Shown here one piece after another: positions 12,728-24,700 of a stretch of 64,000 nucleotides of DNA. Position 1 is the first letter of the stretch. Each line of letters begins with the position of its first letter. A program made the translations under genes and the position numbers. Source of the DNA: Cladosporium halotolerans (lineage: Eukaryota); assembly GCF_011745625.1 (NCBI RefSeq), contig NW_027191489.1, positions 124,001 through 188,000 of the forward strand, read 5' to 3'. Below the pieces are notes generated by a model. It did no database searches. It saw only the letters and a list, made by a program, of their open reading frames with translations, and was not told the DNA's origin.

Positions 12728-14677
12728 TCATACAGCAGCAGCGGCCTCCTTCGATTGCTCCTCAAAAGCCTTTCTATAGGTCTCCGTTGCATGTGCCAAA
12801 GCACCCACGGTCGGCCTCACCATGGCTTCCACAACCTTCTTGCCGCCCAGTATTTTGTCGAAGTCATACTTCGCCTTCTTGCCTGTTCGTTTTTCATGCT
12901 GCTCCATCTGTCTTTTTACGTTCTCAACTTTCTTGTTCCTCTCGGCGTCCGCAGTTGCGGCTACGGCGTTAATGCGGTCGAGCGAGCGATCGAGAGTCGA
13001 CACAAGCTGAGCTAGCTCTGTCGACCGGCTACTGTCGCCGGAAAGGAAGAGAGTCCAGAAGTAGTGCAGAAATTCAGTCGTGGTGGCATGTGTATTTGCC
13101 AGGGTATTAAAAGTGTCTTGAGAAAGGCCTCGCAGGTCTTCCGGATCGGAAGCGGCAAGCTCGCGCTGCTGGAGGAAAGAAGAGATGATGTCTGTTGTTG
13201 CAGATCCAAGAGCGGACTTGGCCCCGAAGTGAGCCGGCCGCTTGTTATTTGTCTGGTGGGTTGGAGCATCTTCGCCTTCTGAATCCGAATCAGGGTCAAA
13301 CCCGATCGCTTGATCGAGGCTGTATGAATCTGGACCGCCAAGGTTGAATGGCTGAATGTCATCACGCAGGCCGAAGAGAACTTGTTGCGGGTCGTGCTGA
13401 GCATACAAGGCAGCTTCTGCTGAGACGTTGTCCTGCTGTTCACCAGCTAGTAGCCGTTGCTGCTCACGAATGTTCAATGTGACGCGATTGTCGACCTCTT
13501 CATTTGCCAGATCTCGTAAACGTAATTGTTCATAGGTCTCCTCGTCCATCCCTACAGGCCGGTGCGCTTCTCCATCTTCTGGTGCGACATGCGACAGCAT
13601 CTTCTCCGACAGATTGTTCAACACCCGAAGGATGGGAACTTTGTCATATGTCGAAGGCCGCATGGTCTCATCTGGTCTGTTTCCTTTTCGCTGACTGTGG
13701 TTTTGCTCGTTACCCTCAAGGTCCATCCAATTGGGCACATGCCCGATGGATGCTGGCCCGACCTCATTCCTCTCCAGATACCGATCGAGCACTGCATCTG
13801 GGGGATCATTTTGTGTGATTTTCTCGCCTTTCAGCTTCTTGAGAAGTCTGCTGCTAAAGAATCGCGTCCAGAAAAGACTTGGATCCATAGGCGGGGAATT
13901 GTCATTGTAGGCTTCTCGCACTATAGGATATTGTTTGAAGATGAGCTTGATCTGCTCCTTGGTGATGTGAAGTTGTTTAATGTCCGGATCGCCTTCCTTC
14001 TCACCAGGCTTTCTTGTGAACCTGATCTCTGGCAGCACGTTGTATTCTCCTTGCTTCTGTGCTTTCTCGATGGCATGGGCTCGTAGCATGTGCAGCCGCG
14101 CTGACCAGAATTGTGTTGTGAATTGTGCAGCAGAGACTGACTCTGGCTTATCTGACAGGGCCTGGTTGAAACGGTCCTTCAAAGTCCGATTCGAATCGAG
14201 TAATGACTTTTGCAGCTGGAAGTCCGATTTCAATTTGCTATCATCGTACCACGCCTCGTCCGCAGCTTTCGAGCTGAGTGCTTTCGCGATCGCCATCGCG
14301 GCCGGTTGCGCATTTTCGCTTCCTTGCGCAGGCACAGGCGTACCTGGACCTGGTGTTTCCTGCGGCGTTGGCGCCGCCTTACTCGCTGAGATCACATTGC
14401 GCAGCGTATCCGTAACCACCTCCTGTTCCTTGCGGGCGCTCTGCTTGTCCGTGAAACTGAAAACATAGCTCTCCTCCTTTACAAAGACCTTCAGGGCGAC
14501 TTTGGGGCTAGATTCGGGCGTTTGTTGTAGGTTCGTGATGTCCGCTACCAGGATTGTCACGGTGGGCGAGGATCCTGGAGGAGCCGAGGGCGTCCAGAAG
14601 AGGTATTTTGAGTCATCGCTGACTGCGAGCACGCCGTCCTTCTTCTTGTAGCTGACACTCGCTTTTGGCGATGTCAT
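12728..14677 (-). CDS. TFB1: TFIIH core subunit Tfb1/p62
   Basis: N-terminal PH-like domain (YKKKDGVL, ITNLQQTP, KVALKVF) and BSD-type segments (FWSARL, IFKQYPIV, FWTRFFSSRL). Single 649-aa ORF. Confidence 0.9.
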   Translation of the reverse strand: MTSPKASVSYKKKDGVLAVSDDSKYLFWTPSAPPGSSPTVTILVADITNLQQTPESSPKVALKVFVKEESYVFSFTDKQSARKEQEVVTDTLRNVISASKAAPTPQETPGPGTPVPAQGSENAQPAAMAIAKALSSKAADEAWYDDSKLKSDFQLQKSLLDSNRTLKDRFNQALSDKPESVSAAQFTTQFWSARLHMLRAHAIEKAQKQGEYNVLPEIRFTRKPGEKEGDPDIKQLHITKEQIKLIFKQYPIVREAYNDNSPPMDPSLFWTRFFSSRLLKKLKGEKITQNDPPDAVLDRYLERNEVGPASIGHVPNWMDLEGNEQNHSQRKGNRPDETMRPSTYDKVPILRVLNNLSEKMLSHVAPEDGEAHRPVGMDEETYEQLRLRDLANEEVDNRVTLNIREQQRLLAGEQQDNVSAEAALYAQHDPQQVLFGLRDDIQPFNLGGPDSYSLDQAIGFDPDSDSEGEDAPTHQTNNKRPAHFGAKSALGSATTDIISSFLQQRELAASDPEDLRGLSQDTFNTLANTHATTTEFLHYFWTLFLSGDSSRSTELAQLVSTLDRSLDRINAVAATADAERNKKVENVKRQMEQHEKRTGKKAKYDFDKILGGKKVVEAMVRPTVGALAHATETYRKAFEEQSKEAAAAV

Positions 14678-15615
14678 GGTTGAGGTCGTGGTTAGTAGAG
14701 CTGTCGCGACGCTGGGCGGCTGCTGTTAGAGAAGCGCGCTGTGATTGGGTGATGACATGCCTCCGCTTCCGCCTGCTTGAAGGTGGATCTCACTTCACAT
14801 TGCGTGCGTGCTCGGCGACTCATAATTCTTCTGTCATTTACCAGAGCAAAGGCGACCAAATTGATTTTGCTGTATTGAACATGTTCATTGGGCCAATTGC
14901 AGGGATTTCGTCGCATTCCGATGAATCCTCCGACCACAGACCAGTTTCTCGATCAAGTGAGTGAAGGAAAGGCTATAAGTTTTCAAGGATTGCCGACCAT
15001 GAGGTGCAGCTCCTTGCAAGCATCCAGTATAGACATTGTGCTAAATCACATCTGATGAAGAGTTTTATCCTTTGTAGCGCGCCACGGACAGTAATCAGCT
15101 GTCTGAATCGCAACCGCATCTGCCTCTTGGTAGATGAAGTCTCGCAACCTGACAAGGCACTGGTCTACGAAAACAATGGGAAATTATTACGATTTTTTCC
15201 GGTGAGCCTGATAAGGTATTCTTGAGCATAGTATCACCACAGCGATTTGGTGTTTCTGTGATGGGTACGTACGAGACCGACAAGACGGACCGCTTTGTCC
15301 GGCCTTCATAGTGGTAACAAAGAACATGACGCATCGAACTCAATGCAAACTTCACAGACTATTGCGCCTACTTGCGCATCTTTGTGCCACCCTTGCGGCT
15401 ACACAATGGCATTCATCGATTGCGATCTTTAGATATAGATGCGGAGCACAAAGCTACTGTTGCGCTGCAGCAAGACCTTCTCAGGCTAGGTCATCTCTCC
15501 TTTACGACCTTTGCGTACACGAGGGAAAGAAAAGCTCGAGGCAGGACCCGGAGCAACCCTTGAACCAGCAACCCGACAGTCTTTTCCAACAGTCCCATTC
15601 TGAACACGCATCGAC

Positions 15616-16386
15616 ATGCGAATCTTCAACTTTGGTACACCTACCACGTCTCCTTTCGCCGGCAAGCCAAGCTTCTTCTCTTTCGAAGATCTCGCGACTC
15701 TCACAGGCCGTTCGGCCAGGAAATATCTGCAAGCGATGAATGCACCTTTAGACTTTGTAGACGAGGGCGTCAAATGCAGCGTCTGCCGGAAATGCAGCGC
15801 AATAAAAGTTTTGAACCAGGACGTAGCTACCAACACACAGAGCGCGGCTCACGAGACTTCCTGGTTGATCATCTCGTCTCGTAGGTCTTCCCTGCAATTT
15901 CTAGATTGCCGCGAGCAGACCGTCGCCAATCAGTCATCCGCGCTGCAGAGCTCGATTTCCCTGGCTTCCTCGACTAACTCATTGGCAGTTGATGGTGGAT
16001 CGGAGGCTGAGCCTCAGCTTCATTCCGAGACCACGTCATTTTCCGAGCGGTCGTATGTGAGGCCGCAAGGATGTGAGACTTCTCTCCACGCTTTCTGCAA
16101 CGGACTTTGCTGTCTTCCAGAGACTCACGAGACTTTTCCTTTGTCCCCACCGTTGACCTCCCATGATCGCAGGGGTCTCAAGGTGCAGGTTCTCATGGAC
16201 TCTATTCAGGGATTTCCCTTCGACCTTCGACAGAGCCCTGTTGAAGTTGGTCCACCGAACACAATGTTTGGCGGCTGCGACGCTGAAGAGACTAAGCAGA
16301 GGCGCTGGAACTTCGGCCGGAAGATGCTTTCGCTGATCAGGTCAAGCGTAGACCGCCTCAAGGTTAAAGTGGAAAGGAAGAGATGA
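15616..16386 (+). CDS. Hypothetical protein (orphan-like, 256 aa)
   Basis: ATG-initiated 771-bp ORF filling the gap between TFB1 and the peroxidase. No recognisable domain. Confidence 0.4.
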   Translation: MRIFNFGTPTTSPFAGKPSFFSFEDLATLTGRSARKYLQAMNAPLDFVDEGVKCSVCRKCSAIKVLNQDVATNTQSAAHETSWLIISSRRSSLQFLDCREQTVANQSSALQSSISLASSTNSLAVDGGSEAEPQLHSETTSFSERSYVRPQGCETSLHAFCNGLCCLPETHETFPLSPPLTSHDRRGLKVQVLMDSIQGFPFDLRQSPVEVGPPNTMFGGCDAEETKQRRWNFGRKMLSLIRSSVDRLKVKVERKR

Positions 16387-16559
16387 TGCTATCGATGTCA
16401 TCAATCATTTACTAGCATTTTTATTGTGAGGACCGCTGGTATCAGCACGCGACTGTCTTTATCTAAAATACATCTGTTCTATGGCATGTTCTATCTCTTA
16501 AGCAGAATCCCAAATCTATCTTATACGTGCAATGTATCGTGGTATCAAATGGACGAGTT

Positions 16560-17540
16560 TCACAACCTGGCCCTGGGAGCCTTCTCATTCTTAGCCTTCT
16601 TGTTCTCTTCCCGCAGAGGCTCTGCCTCTCCGTAGCGATCGACCTCCTCCGCTTTACCAGGCTCGCTGCTCTTCTTCGGCGCGCTGTGGTAGCCACCCTT
16701 CTCATTGTCCGTGTTCGTGATCTGTCCTTTCTCGTCTCTGGTGATGCCCAATTCAATCAACTTCGTAAAGACCTTTGCAAAGTCCTCGAAGAACTTGTCC
16801 TTGTCCTTAGCATACACCTGCACCCAGTGCTTGAACGATGGGTCCGCCATCAACGCCAGATCCGTTGGTAGCATCATCAACTCCTCTTCAGCATCCTCAT
16901 CGTAATGCACGAACTGCCGCACGCCATTGTCCAGAGTCTTTTCCTTCCAACTTCGACTGATCATCAGGCGGAAGTATGTGTTCGAGAATCTTGTCGGCGC
17001 ATTCACCCACGCTCCGTCAAATCCAGACCGGTCTGCGTGACACCTTCCGAGGTTATGCGCTCCGCTCAAAGCCACGATCTCCTGATCGCTGAAACCCATG
17101 CGGTAGAAGATCCAACGCAAATGGTCCGCGCCCTGTGCGCCGTCAGGTAGCCTGCCGCGCGGCGGCAGCTTCGAGTCGTCAACGTAGTCGGTCCGACCAG
17201 GCAACCAGGAAATCTCCGGGCCGCCCATCTCCTTGATCGCCACGGCGCCGGCGAGCGTCCAGAGGTCGGCGTAGGTGATCCAGTTGTGCTTCTCCTTTAG
17301 AGGCTCGAGGAAGACGCGGGCGTGCTGCAAGCCGGCGTTGGCTGGATCGCCACCTTCGGCCTCGTAGCGCATTCCGGCGCCATTGCTGCCGCCAGTGTCT
17401 GTTTCGGCGTCGTAAGTGCCTGCCGAGTGCCAGGCCAGGCGGACTAGCACGGGGCCAGCTGAGCCATCGTCGTATTCGGGCTGATGGAGAAGGGCAGCAA
17501 TGTCCTTGCGCACCGCGTCGTAATCGCCCGGACTACTCAT
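16560..17540 (-). CDS. CCP2: Class I heme peroxidase (cytochrome c peroxidase paralogue Ccp2) with PTS1
   Basis: Motifs [40 protein letters not shown]. No mitochondrial presequence; C-terminal -ARL. Confidence 0.9.
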   Translation of the reverse strand: MSSPGDYDAVRKDIAALLHQPEYDDGSAGPVLVRLAWHSAGTYDAETDTGGSNGAGMRYEAEGGDPANAGLQHARVFLEPLKEKHNWITYADLWTLAGAVAIKEMGGPEISWLPGRTDYVDDSKLPPRGRLPDGAQGADHLRWIFYRMGFSDQEIVALSGAHNLGRCHADRSGFDGAWVNAPTRFSNTYFRLMISRSWKEKTLDNGVRQFVHYDEDAEEELMMLPTDLALMADPSFKHWVQVYAKDKDKFFEDFAKVFTKLIELGITRDEKGQITNTDNEKGGYHSAPKKSSEPGKAEEVDRYGEAEPLREENKKAKNEKAPRARL

Positions 17541-18719
17541 TGTGAGGCGATTTGTGGTGATATGGGTCTCTGAACTGGGGAAGAGAGGGATAGTGCTAGT
17601 GCCCACGGGGAAAGAGAGAAGGGACACGGTACTTAGACCTGTGGCGAACGGATATCTGACCGTTGACGTCCATGCTCAATATTTTGCTATTGCCGAGCCG
17701 AGGCAGGGTGGTAAGATGGCAAATTCACAAGATAGCGCTTTGGGAGTTCCACATAAATCTTTCGTCAGATCCGGCCGAGGAAGCTTTCGGCGGCGATATG
17801 CGGCTTTGGGAACGCCGAGATCTCCGACGTGACAGGAACAGGTTAGCGCGGTATCGCCGCAACACCTCAGCCCAGATGTCGGGGACTGCTCTTTCACATG
17901 TCTCGCCTTGGTATGAGTCTGCCGAAGCCCGAAGTAGATGCAAGCATCGCCAGATGCGCTGAACATCTTGGACTTACTAGAGTCAGAGGTCGACATCGTC
18001 ACTCGGGAGGCTTGCATCAGCTTCTGACAGACTTGCAGCCCTTAAAAGGGATGAGTACATTTTTTGCGATGTAAGGCTCAGACAGCATGGCATGGACGGC
18101 ATATACATCACAGGCTTGGTCCAAAAGCTTCTAAGCTAGTCACTATATTTCTTACAAAGTAGGCTTTATCCTGATTTGAGTGGAGTTAACAAATTTCAGA
18201 CCCTTTGCGTTTCGAGGCAATGACAGCAAGAAAGCGTGCTACCATCTCCTTCGAACTATCCAAAACCGAGTCTCCCCTAGGACAGCATACAAATGTATCC
18301 TTTGGTCGACTTCTGACTGACGATTGTCGTGAAGTATTTGAGACAATGTTTTCCAGCAAGCTCATAGGGCCATGCCTTCACTTCGACTAGAGCCCCATCG
18401 CTGAACGTGCAGTCACCCGGGGGGCGAAGTGAAGTCACCAGTGAGGAGCAGAAGCGGGTTTGAAGGGGGAATTTTGGTGCAACATCACTTCACTTTGCGC
18501 GCGCGAAAGCTTCATCGAGTGATGCGATCACGTGCTGCCTACGTGCATATGCAGTCACATGCGAGGCAAGAGTGCCAGACTCGCACCTGCCGTTTTAGAT
18601 GCTTTTGGCTTTCGGTCGTGTTCTAATCCGCTGGCCGCTTCAGGTTGCAACCGCCTTTCCACCTTCGACATCGACGACAACTTCCAACCCGCAACCCTCA
18701 AATACGCCTCATCCGCAAG

Positions 18720-20270
18720 ATGCCTACCTTTTGGGACCTACCCAAGCCCGTTCGCAATAAGGTTTATCGCTTGCACCTTGTTTACAAAGGCCCTTTGGAT
18801 CTCGACGCCTTCAAGTCGCTATGCAATACCCCTGAAAAGGGCGTCCAGCGCCGCATGCCGGTGGTCTTCGCGGTGTGTGGAAAGATCGACCCTGAAGCAT
18901 CCCACATATTCTTCGGCGAAAACACCTTCACGGTCTCAGATGTATCTCGCATCACCGAGTGGAGATCTCATTTTTGGACTCGTCACGCTAACCAAATCCG
19001 AGTGCTCATTATCAAGAACTGGGATCTTCGACGTGCTCATCAACCCGACTTTGACCGCGCCTACAGACAGATCGCGGCACTGAAGAATCTTGAGTCCCTG
19101 ACTGTGCACATCGATGAAGAGGCGGTACTTGAAAAGGTCCTGGATTATCGCTCAGCGATCACCTGGCTTCGAGGCGTCGGCTCTGGCCCGCAGGTCTATC
19201 TCCATCTCCAGGGTCTTCCTGGCATGAAGGGTTTCAGGACTATAAGGGGTCTCCAACGTGTTCAGTTTTTGCCTCCGAGCATCCCGGGTGCTAGACTGTT
19301 GACAAGCTCAGGTTCTATTCCCGGAGGTTTTCTGGAGACTATAGTCAAGCACGAGATCATGCAATCGCGCCACCCGGACAAGTGAGTTGTGCACTGTAGG
19401 TTCAGGAATAGGTCAATAATGCTGACATGCAAACACAATAGGTTCAAGCCAGAAGGCAGCTTTCGCCTTCTTGATCTGCCCGCAGAGATCCGCAATGTCA
19501 TCTACTCGATTCTGTTGACCTTCCCTGGTGTCACGTACCCGACGCCGGGAACCCCAACCTCTTGGGTGAATCAAGTCAGAGGCTTACACAAGGGCAGCAA
19601 AGCCTTGCAGAAGGGCCGCGATGACGCACAGATCCCACGATCGAGCCTCGAGATCCTACGCGTCAACCGCCAAATCCACTCTGAAGCCGTCAAGGTCTTC
19701 TACCACAGCAACAATTTCGTTTTCTCGAATGCTTTACGCCTGCATCAGTTCGTCGTCAGCCTCAGCGACACCAGGCTCGACTGCATCACGAGCATCAGTA
19801 TGTTCTACACCGGCACTACTAACGATGGAGATCTGATTACCACGCTGACCCTCGTCCGCCGTCTTCCAAGCCTCCGCAAATTCCACTTCCTGCAGGCATC
19901 CTCCTTTCACGATGCCACAGGGTCGATGCGTGTGAACTGGCCGTGTCCGCGAGCCACGAAGATGCTGTTCTCCTTCCGCAATCTCGAGGATATCAAAATC
20001 CGTGATTTGGCCCTTGAGAACGCGGGTGGCTCGGGCAACAGCCTCGTATGGAGGCACGTGGATTGGCAGAGGGCTGCCTTCAAGCATCTCAATTACGCGT
20101 TGAGACTTGCCCAGAGCGGCAAGATTTTCGGGTGGCACTTATTCCACTTCGGTTGGCCGAAGGAGGATACGTGGCCGGCTGCTGGGGACACTGATTGCGG
20201 GAAGACCAAAGGTTGCTCCTGCGGAGATAATGATCATGTGGATGCAAGCAATGGAGACGTTGGATCCTAA
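18720..20270 (+). CDS. Two-module F-box-like/DUF7730-like hypothetical protein
   Basis: Module starts PTFWDLPKPVRNKVY and FRLLDLPAEIRNVIY, with downstream EASHIFFGENTF and ILRVNRQIHSEAVKVFYHSNNF. In-frame intron 19382-19441. Confidence 0.75.
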
Positions 20271-21557
20271 GCTTTCACAGCAGTGTTGGTCAATGAGGTA
20301 TGCACAGAGACGGCTGCACATAACCATGCAAGCAAGGATGGTATCACCGGGCTTAGGCGTATCATTGCTCTGAACTGTGTTGGGATAGTTTTGCGAGGGT
20401 ACCGGGCATTGCGCTTTTGAAGGTGGCCCGGCGGCGGCCTGAAGTAGCAAATAGCCATGAAATGGAAACACTCACTCTTGAATAATACTTCATCAATGGG
20501 CAACGACAGGTTGTCGGGTATCCTCTGTCTTTGCAGCGATGCCTCTGATAATTCCTCAGTTTGATATGCCTGATATGCACTGCAATCTATCGTAAGCAAT
20601 AGTTGCATCACCTAAGACGTTGATGATAACGCAGATGTGCTTGTCTGCCAGATAATGCACGACAGTCCAGAAGTACCTATTGCATGTTGATATGCGCAAC
20701 CAGGATCACATAGGGATCAATGCGCTGACGTACGTGATAATGCAACGCACTGTTGTAGCACTGCTGGGTTTAGCGCGGGCTGAAGAAGCAGGAGTGGGTG
20801 CGTGAGACGTGACAGTGTGAAGGAAGTCTCACTGCGTGGACACCCATTCCTCTGTCCATCCCTTATCGCGTCATACAATGTGTCGGGAAGATGTTCGGAG
20901 CGGAGCGGGGGCGGTGAAAGATGGACATGACGAGGATATTTGGACGATGTGCTGTTTGTTGGTGGCCGGCTTTGTTGAGCTGGGCTGCAGCCGGCGAAAC
21001 TGTGGATGGTGGTCTGTTTCGGCAGATGCAGCTGCGTCCGTGTCCATGTACCATCTCCTGTCTGATGAACTGCATTGACACGCTGAGTTCGTTGCTCAAG
21101 TACTCGAGCTTGTGAATAACATGCAACAAGAGACGTAGATAAAGACAAAATACCACCGTTTTAAGTTTCGGACACGATAAGCCGATTCATCCCGGGAGGG
21201 CCCAATAAATGGTATGCTTGAGGAGATTCCAGACGTGCAGTGGTGAAAGCACCAGCGGTGTGGTATTATGTCGCTCGTGGCAAGGTAGAGGACGATGATC
21301 ACGGATAGAGCACAGTGTCACTGTTGTGAAGAATCCAAGCACACGGTCGTGTAATCGCGTGTGCGCTCTGACGGCCGTTGCTTGTCAGTTGGCCAAATTT
21401 AGAACGCGGCGATCTAGCCCGCCACGCCCGCCACTAGCTTGAAGGCGATAGCGGTAGGCAAGTAATCAAGTGCTCGCGCGTGCTTCTTGCCAAACAGTGC
21501 TCGTCGAGGTCGCGTGCCTGAGCCCTTCGGCGTCTTTCCGCATGCCGCCGGCCCTCA

Positions 21558-21589
21558 CCCTCTCGACCCTCTCGACCCTCGCGACCCTG
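21558..21589 (+). repeat. 9-bp tandem repeat (ccctctcga)x~3
   Basis: ccctctcga ccctctcga ccctcgcga ccctg, upstream of the 1126-aa ORF. Confidence 0.7.
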
Positions 21590-21758
21590 TAGCCAGGCGT
21601 GCCATATCTCCACGCGCGCCCGCCCTCCCTTTCTCCATCGCACTCCGCACTCCTCGCCGACATGTCTCGCGGCTGACCTCCCCTGCTCCCCTGCCCGCAG
21701 CCCTGCACCCCTGAGCCGTCTCAACTGCTGCCGGCCTATCGTCAGGCCGCCCGAAAGC

Positions 21759-24700
21759 ATGGCAGACCAAGACACGCCGCCAACCCAACCAATCGCTTCG
21801 CGCGACCAGCACGCCCACAGTTCTCATGTCAGCACGCCCACGCCGACCCGCGAGCCCTCGTTTCGCAAGGGCGCCTACACCAGCAACATCCTGCGTCTCG
21901 AGCAGAGTGCCGAAAAGATGAGCGAGGGCGGCAGCGACATTGGCGAGGAGATCCGCAAGCTGAACGAGTTGGAGCGCGAGCGCAGCCGCCAGAACAGCAT
22001 TCAGAGCTCGCACCAGGGCGACTTCATCCCGGGAAGGACTGCACCGCTGGAGACGACCAAGAGCAGGGCGAGCAGTCAGAACCAGAGCGCCGCCGAGGGC
22101 AGCAGCGGTGCCAGATATGGAGGCTTCTCTCCGAGCAGCTTTGTCACAAGTCCGGTCGGCTCGGTGAGATCCCATGGTTCGTGGGGCATGAATAGGAAGC
22201 CTTCCGTCAGCTCCAAGCTCTCTCACATGGTGGAGCCGATCCAGGAAGGCAGGCCTCTGGACTCGCCGCTCGCGCCCAGTCTGAAGTCGCCTTTGTCTAT
22301 GTCTAGCATGTCGAGGCAGGCAAGCCATGCTTCGGTGAGCAGTTTTGGAGCGAAGTACGACATGATGTCCGCACAGATTCAGGAACAGCTCGACGACGTG
22401 CCACCGACACCATCCAAGTACAGCGAGATCCCGCCCATGCAATTGGATGAAGCAGCGGGAGGAGCTACTGAACCCGAGGCTGAAGGCAAGGAGCAAAGAG
22501 ATGGCGCAGCTACAACACCAACGCGGCGGCGGTCCGTCGATACATTCCAAGAGGCGGAGCTTGCCTTCAAGGACTTCGATGGCGTCCATTTCGAGCCCGA
22601 AACGGAGGAGATTGTGGAAGTGGACGACGATGGGAACGAGGTCCGAAGGGTCTCTGCGCGTACATCCTCCGGCTCTTTATCTATGGAAGCGGCATCTTTA
22701 CTTCGGACACCAAGAAACCGACCGACATCCTTTGCGATGCCACCGCCCGGCGAGAACACCACGTACTATCCTGCGCCAGTGCCACGCTTGCTGAACCTGC
22801 CTAAGCGGCTCTCACAAATGCCATCGGCTACAGTGCACTCCAGGGGCAGGGACCAGGTCATGAGCCAACTGCCACCGGGAACAAGGCAGTCAGCAGCATG
22901 GCTACCACCGCTCGATGCTAGCGGCTACGGCGAGAGCCAACGATCAGGCTCAGGCTCTCAGCCAGGCGATCACCCTCGAGGCGCTCTGAACGAGCGCATG
23001 AGCATGGCCAATCTGCAGAGCCTTCCTCCCCAGCTCCGCGCAAGCATATTTTTCGAGCAGCAAGGCATTCCCCAAGACGTCCAAATCCAGAACCATTCAG
23101 CCGTCGCCACGCTCGAGAGTATCCTCAATGCCTCCGCCACTGCGCCCGCTACCGCTTTCACAGACCATCCTTTCGCCGGCGATGTAAGAAAGACACACTT
23201 CGCGCCTGAGCGCCCAACAACACGACACAGTACCTCTACACTCATCGCCCAACCGCAGGGCTCAGAGGCCGACGCTAAAACGCTCAAACGACGAACCACT
23301 AGCCTTGGAGGGTTGCTTAAGAGAGCTAGTTCCTCTGACGAGCTGACCAGCGTTCTCAGACGGCCGGGCAGTCGGAGTAGCATGTCGATGCTTGATTTCA
23401 ATGGAGGTGGCAAGAAGCTGCAGAAGAGGAAGAGCCGAGCCAGTCTGATGGATCTGCAGCAAGAGCAGGAAGAATCGGGTTCTCATCCAAGGACACCAGG
23501 TCACGAGGTCGATCTTTCGAACGGCCTTATCGCACAAGCCGAGAATGGAAGCCCATTGGACGAGCGACGACCGATGGATCAGTCGAGGCCTGCAACCGCT
23601 ATGAGCGGGAGCAAGATGCTCACTGAGAACGAACAGATCGAGCAGGACTTCCATGAGCATGAGGCAGACGAAGGCGCGTCGGACGTGGAAGAGGGCGAGG
23701 CATCATTTGTGCAGCCCTCCACTTTGCTCGCGGAGCTGCAAGTTAGAAAGGCGCAGCTCAGGTCGAGAAACCGAACGGCCGCGACGGCGTATCCCCAAGG
23801 TATGCATAGTACGCTACTGCAGATGGACGCGGTGTTAGAGATCGACAAGCGTAAGCGACAAAAGCAGCGTATCGCTTTGGCTTGGGAGGATCCTGCTCTA
23901 CGACAAAACGAAGAGGAACGAGGGGACCCGGATGATGATGTTCCGCTTGGTGTGCTGTATCCCAGCAAGAACGGACTTATCAACCAAACTCTTGGTGACG
24001 AGCGGGATTGGGATAGACCACTGGGCTTGATGGAGAAGCGCGAGCTGGAGAACAACGAGCCTCTGAGCTCGAGACGCAACCGGTTGCGTGGTGGGTCTGC
24101 TCTTCCTCGCAGTCAAGGGCCTAGTGCTGGCAAGCAACCGGTGCCTTTGACTAGCACTAGCCAGGTGAACCTCTCAACCCCGCAAGGCGGTGAATGTGAG
24201 AAGGAAGAAGAGGACGAGGGTGAAACGCTCGCGCAGAGATTGAAGAGGCTTCGAACTAAGGAGGCTCTTGATGCTGCAGTCGGCGATCTGGCTCCGCCCA
24301 AGGATGGCGAGCGCCCTCAGAGCACATGGTCAAACGAGCTCCTCAGTCAATTCGGCGGCCTTGATCCTAATGAAGGTGAAGCAAAGAAGGGTTCTTCGAA
24401 CCGCAAGTCTGTCGGCCCAGAGGAACTGGAAAACGAGACGCTTGGCCAACGTAGAGCGCGTCTTCAGCGTGAACGCGAAGCTGCTGGTAGCTCTGAGGCC
24501 AAACGCCCAGCTGCAGTCCGCTCTTCAAGCTCTATGGCCAACCTGCTGGCAACCAACCCTACCGGGTCCAACAGACGAGTCACACACGATCACAGACCCG
24601 CCGAAGGAACCCTCCTCCATGCCTCTGCTCAAGAAAAGGAGAAGTCCCGTCGCCAGCTCCTGAATTCGAACATGCGCAGCTCAAGCTACGCTTTCGATCG

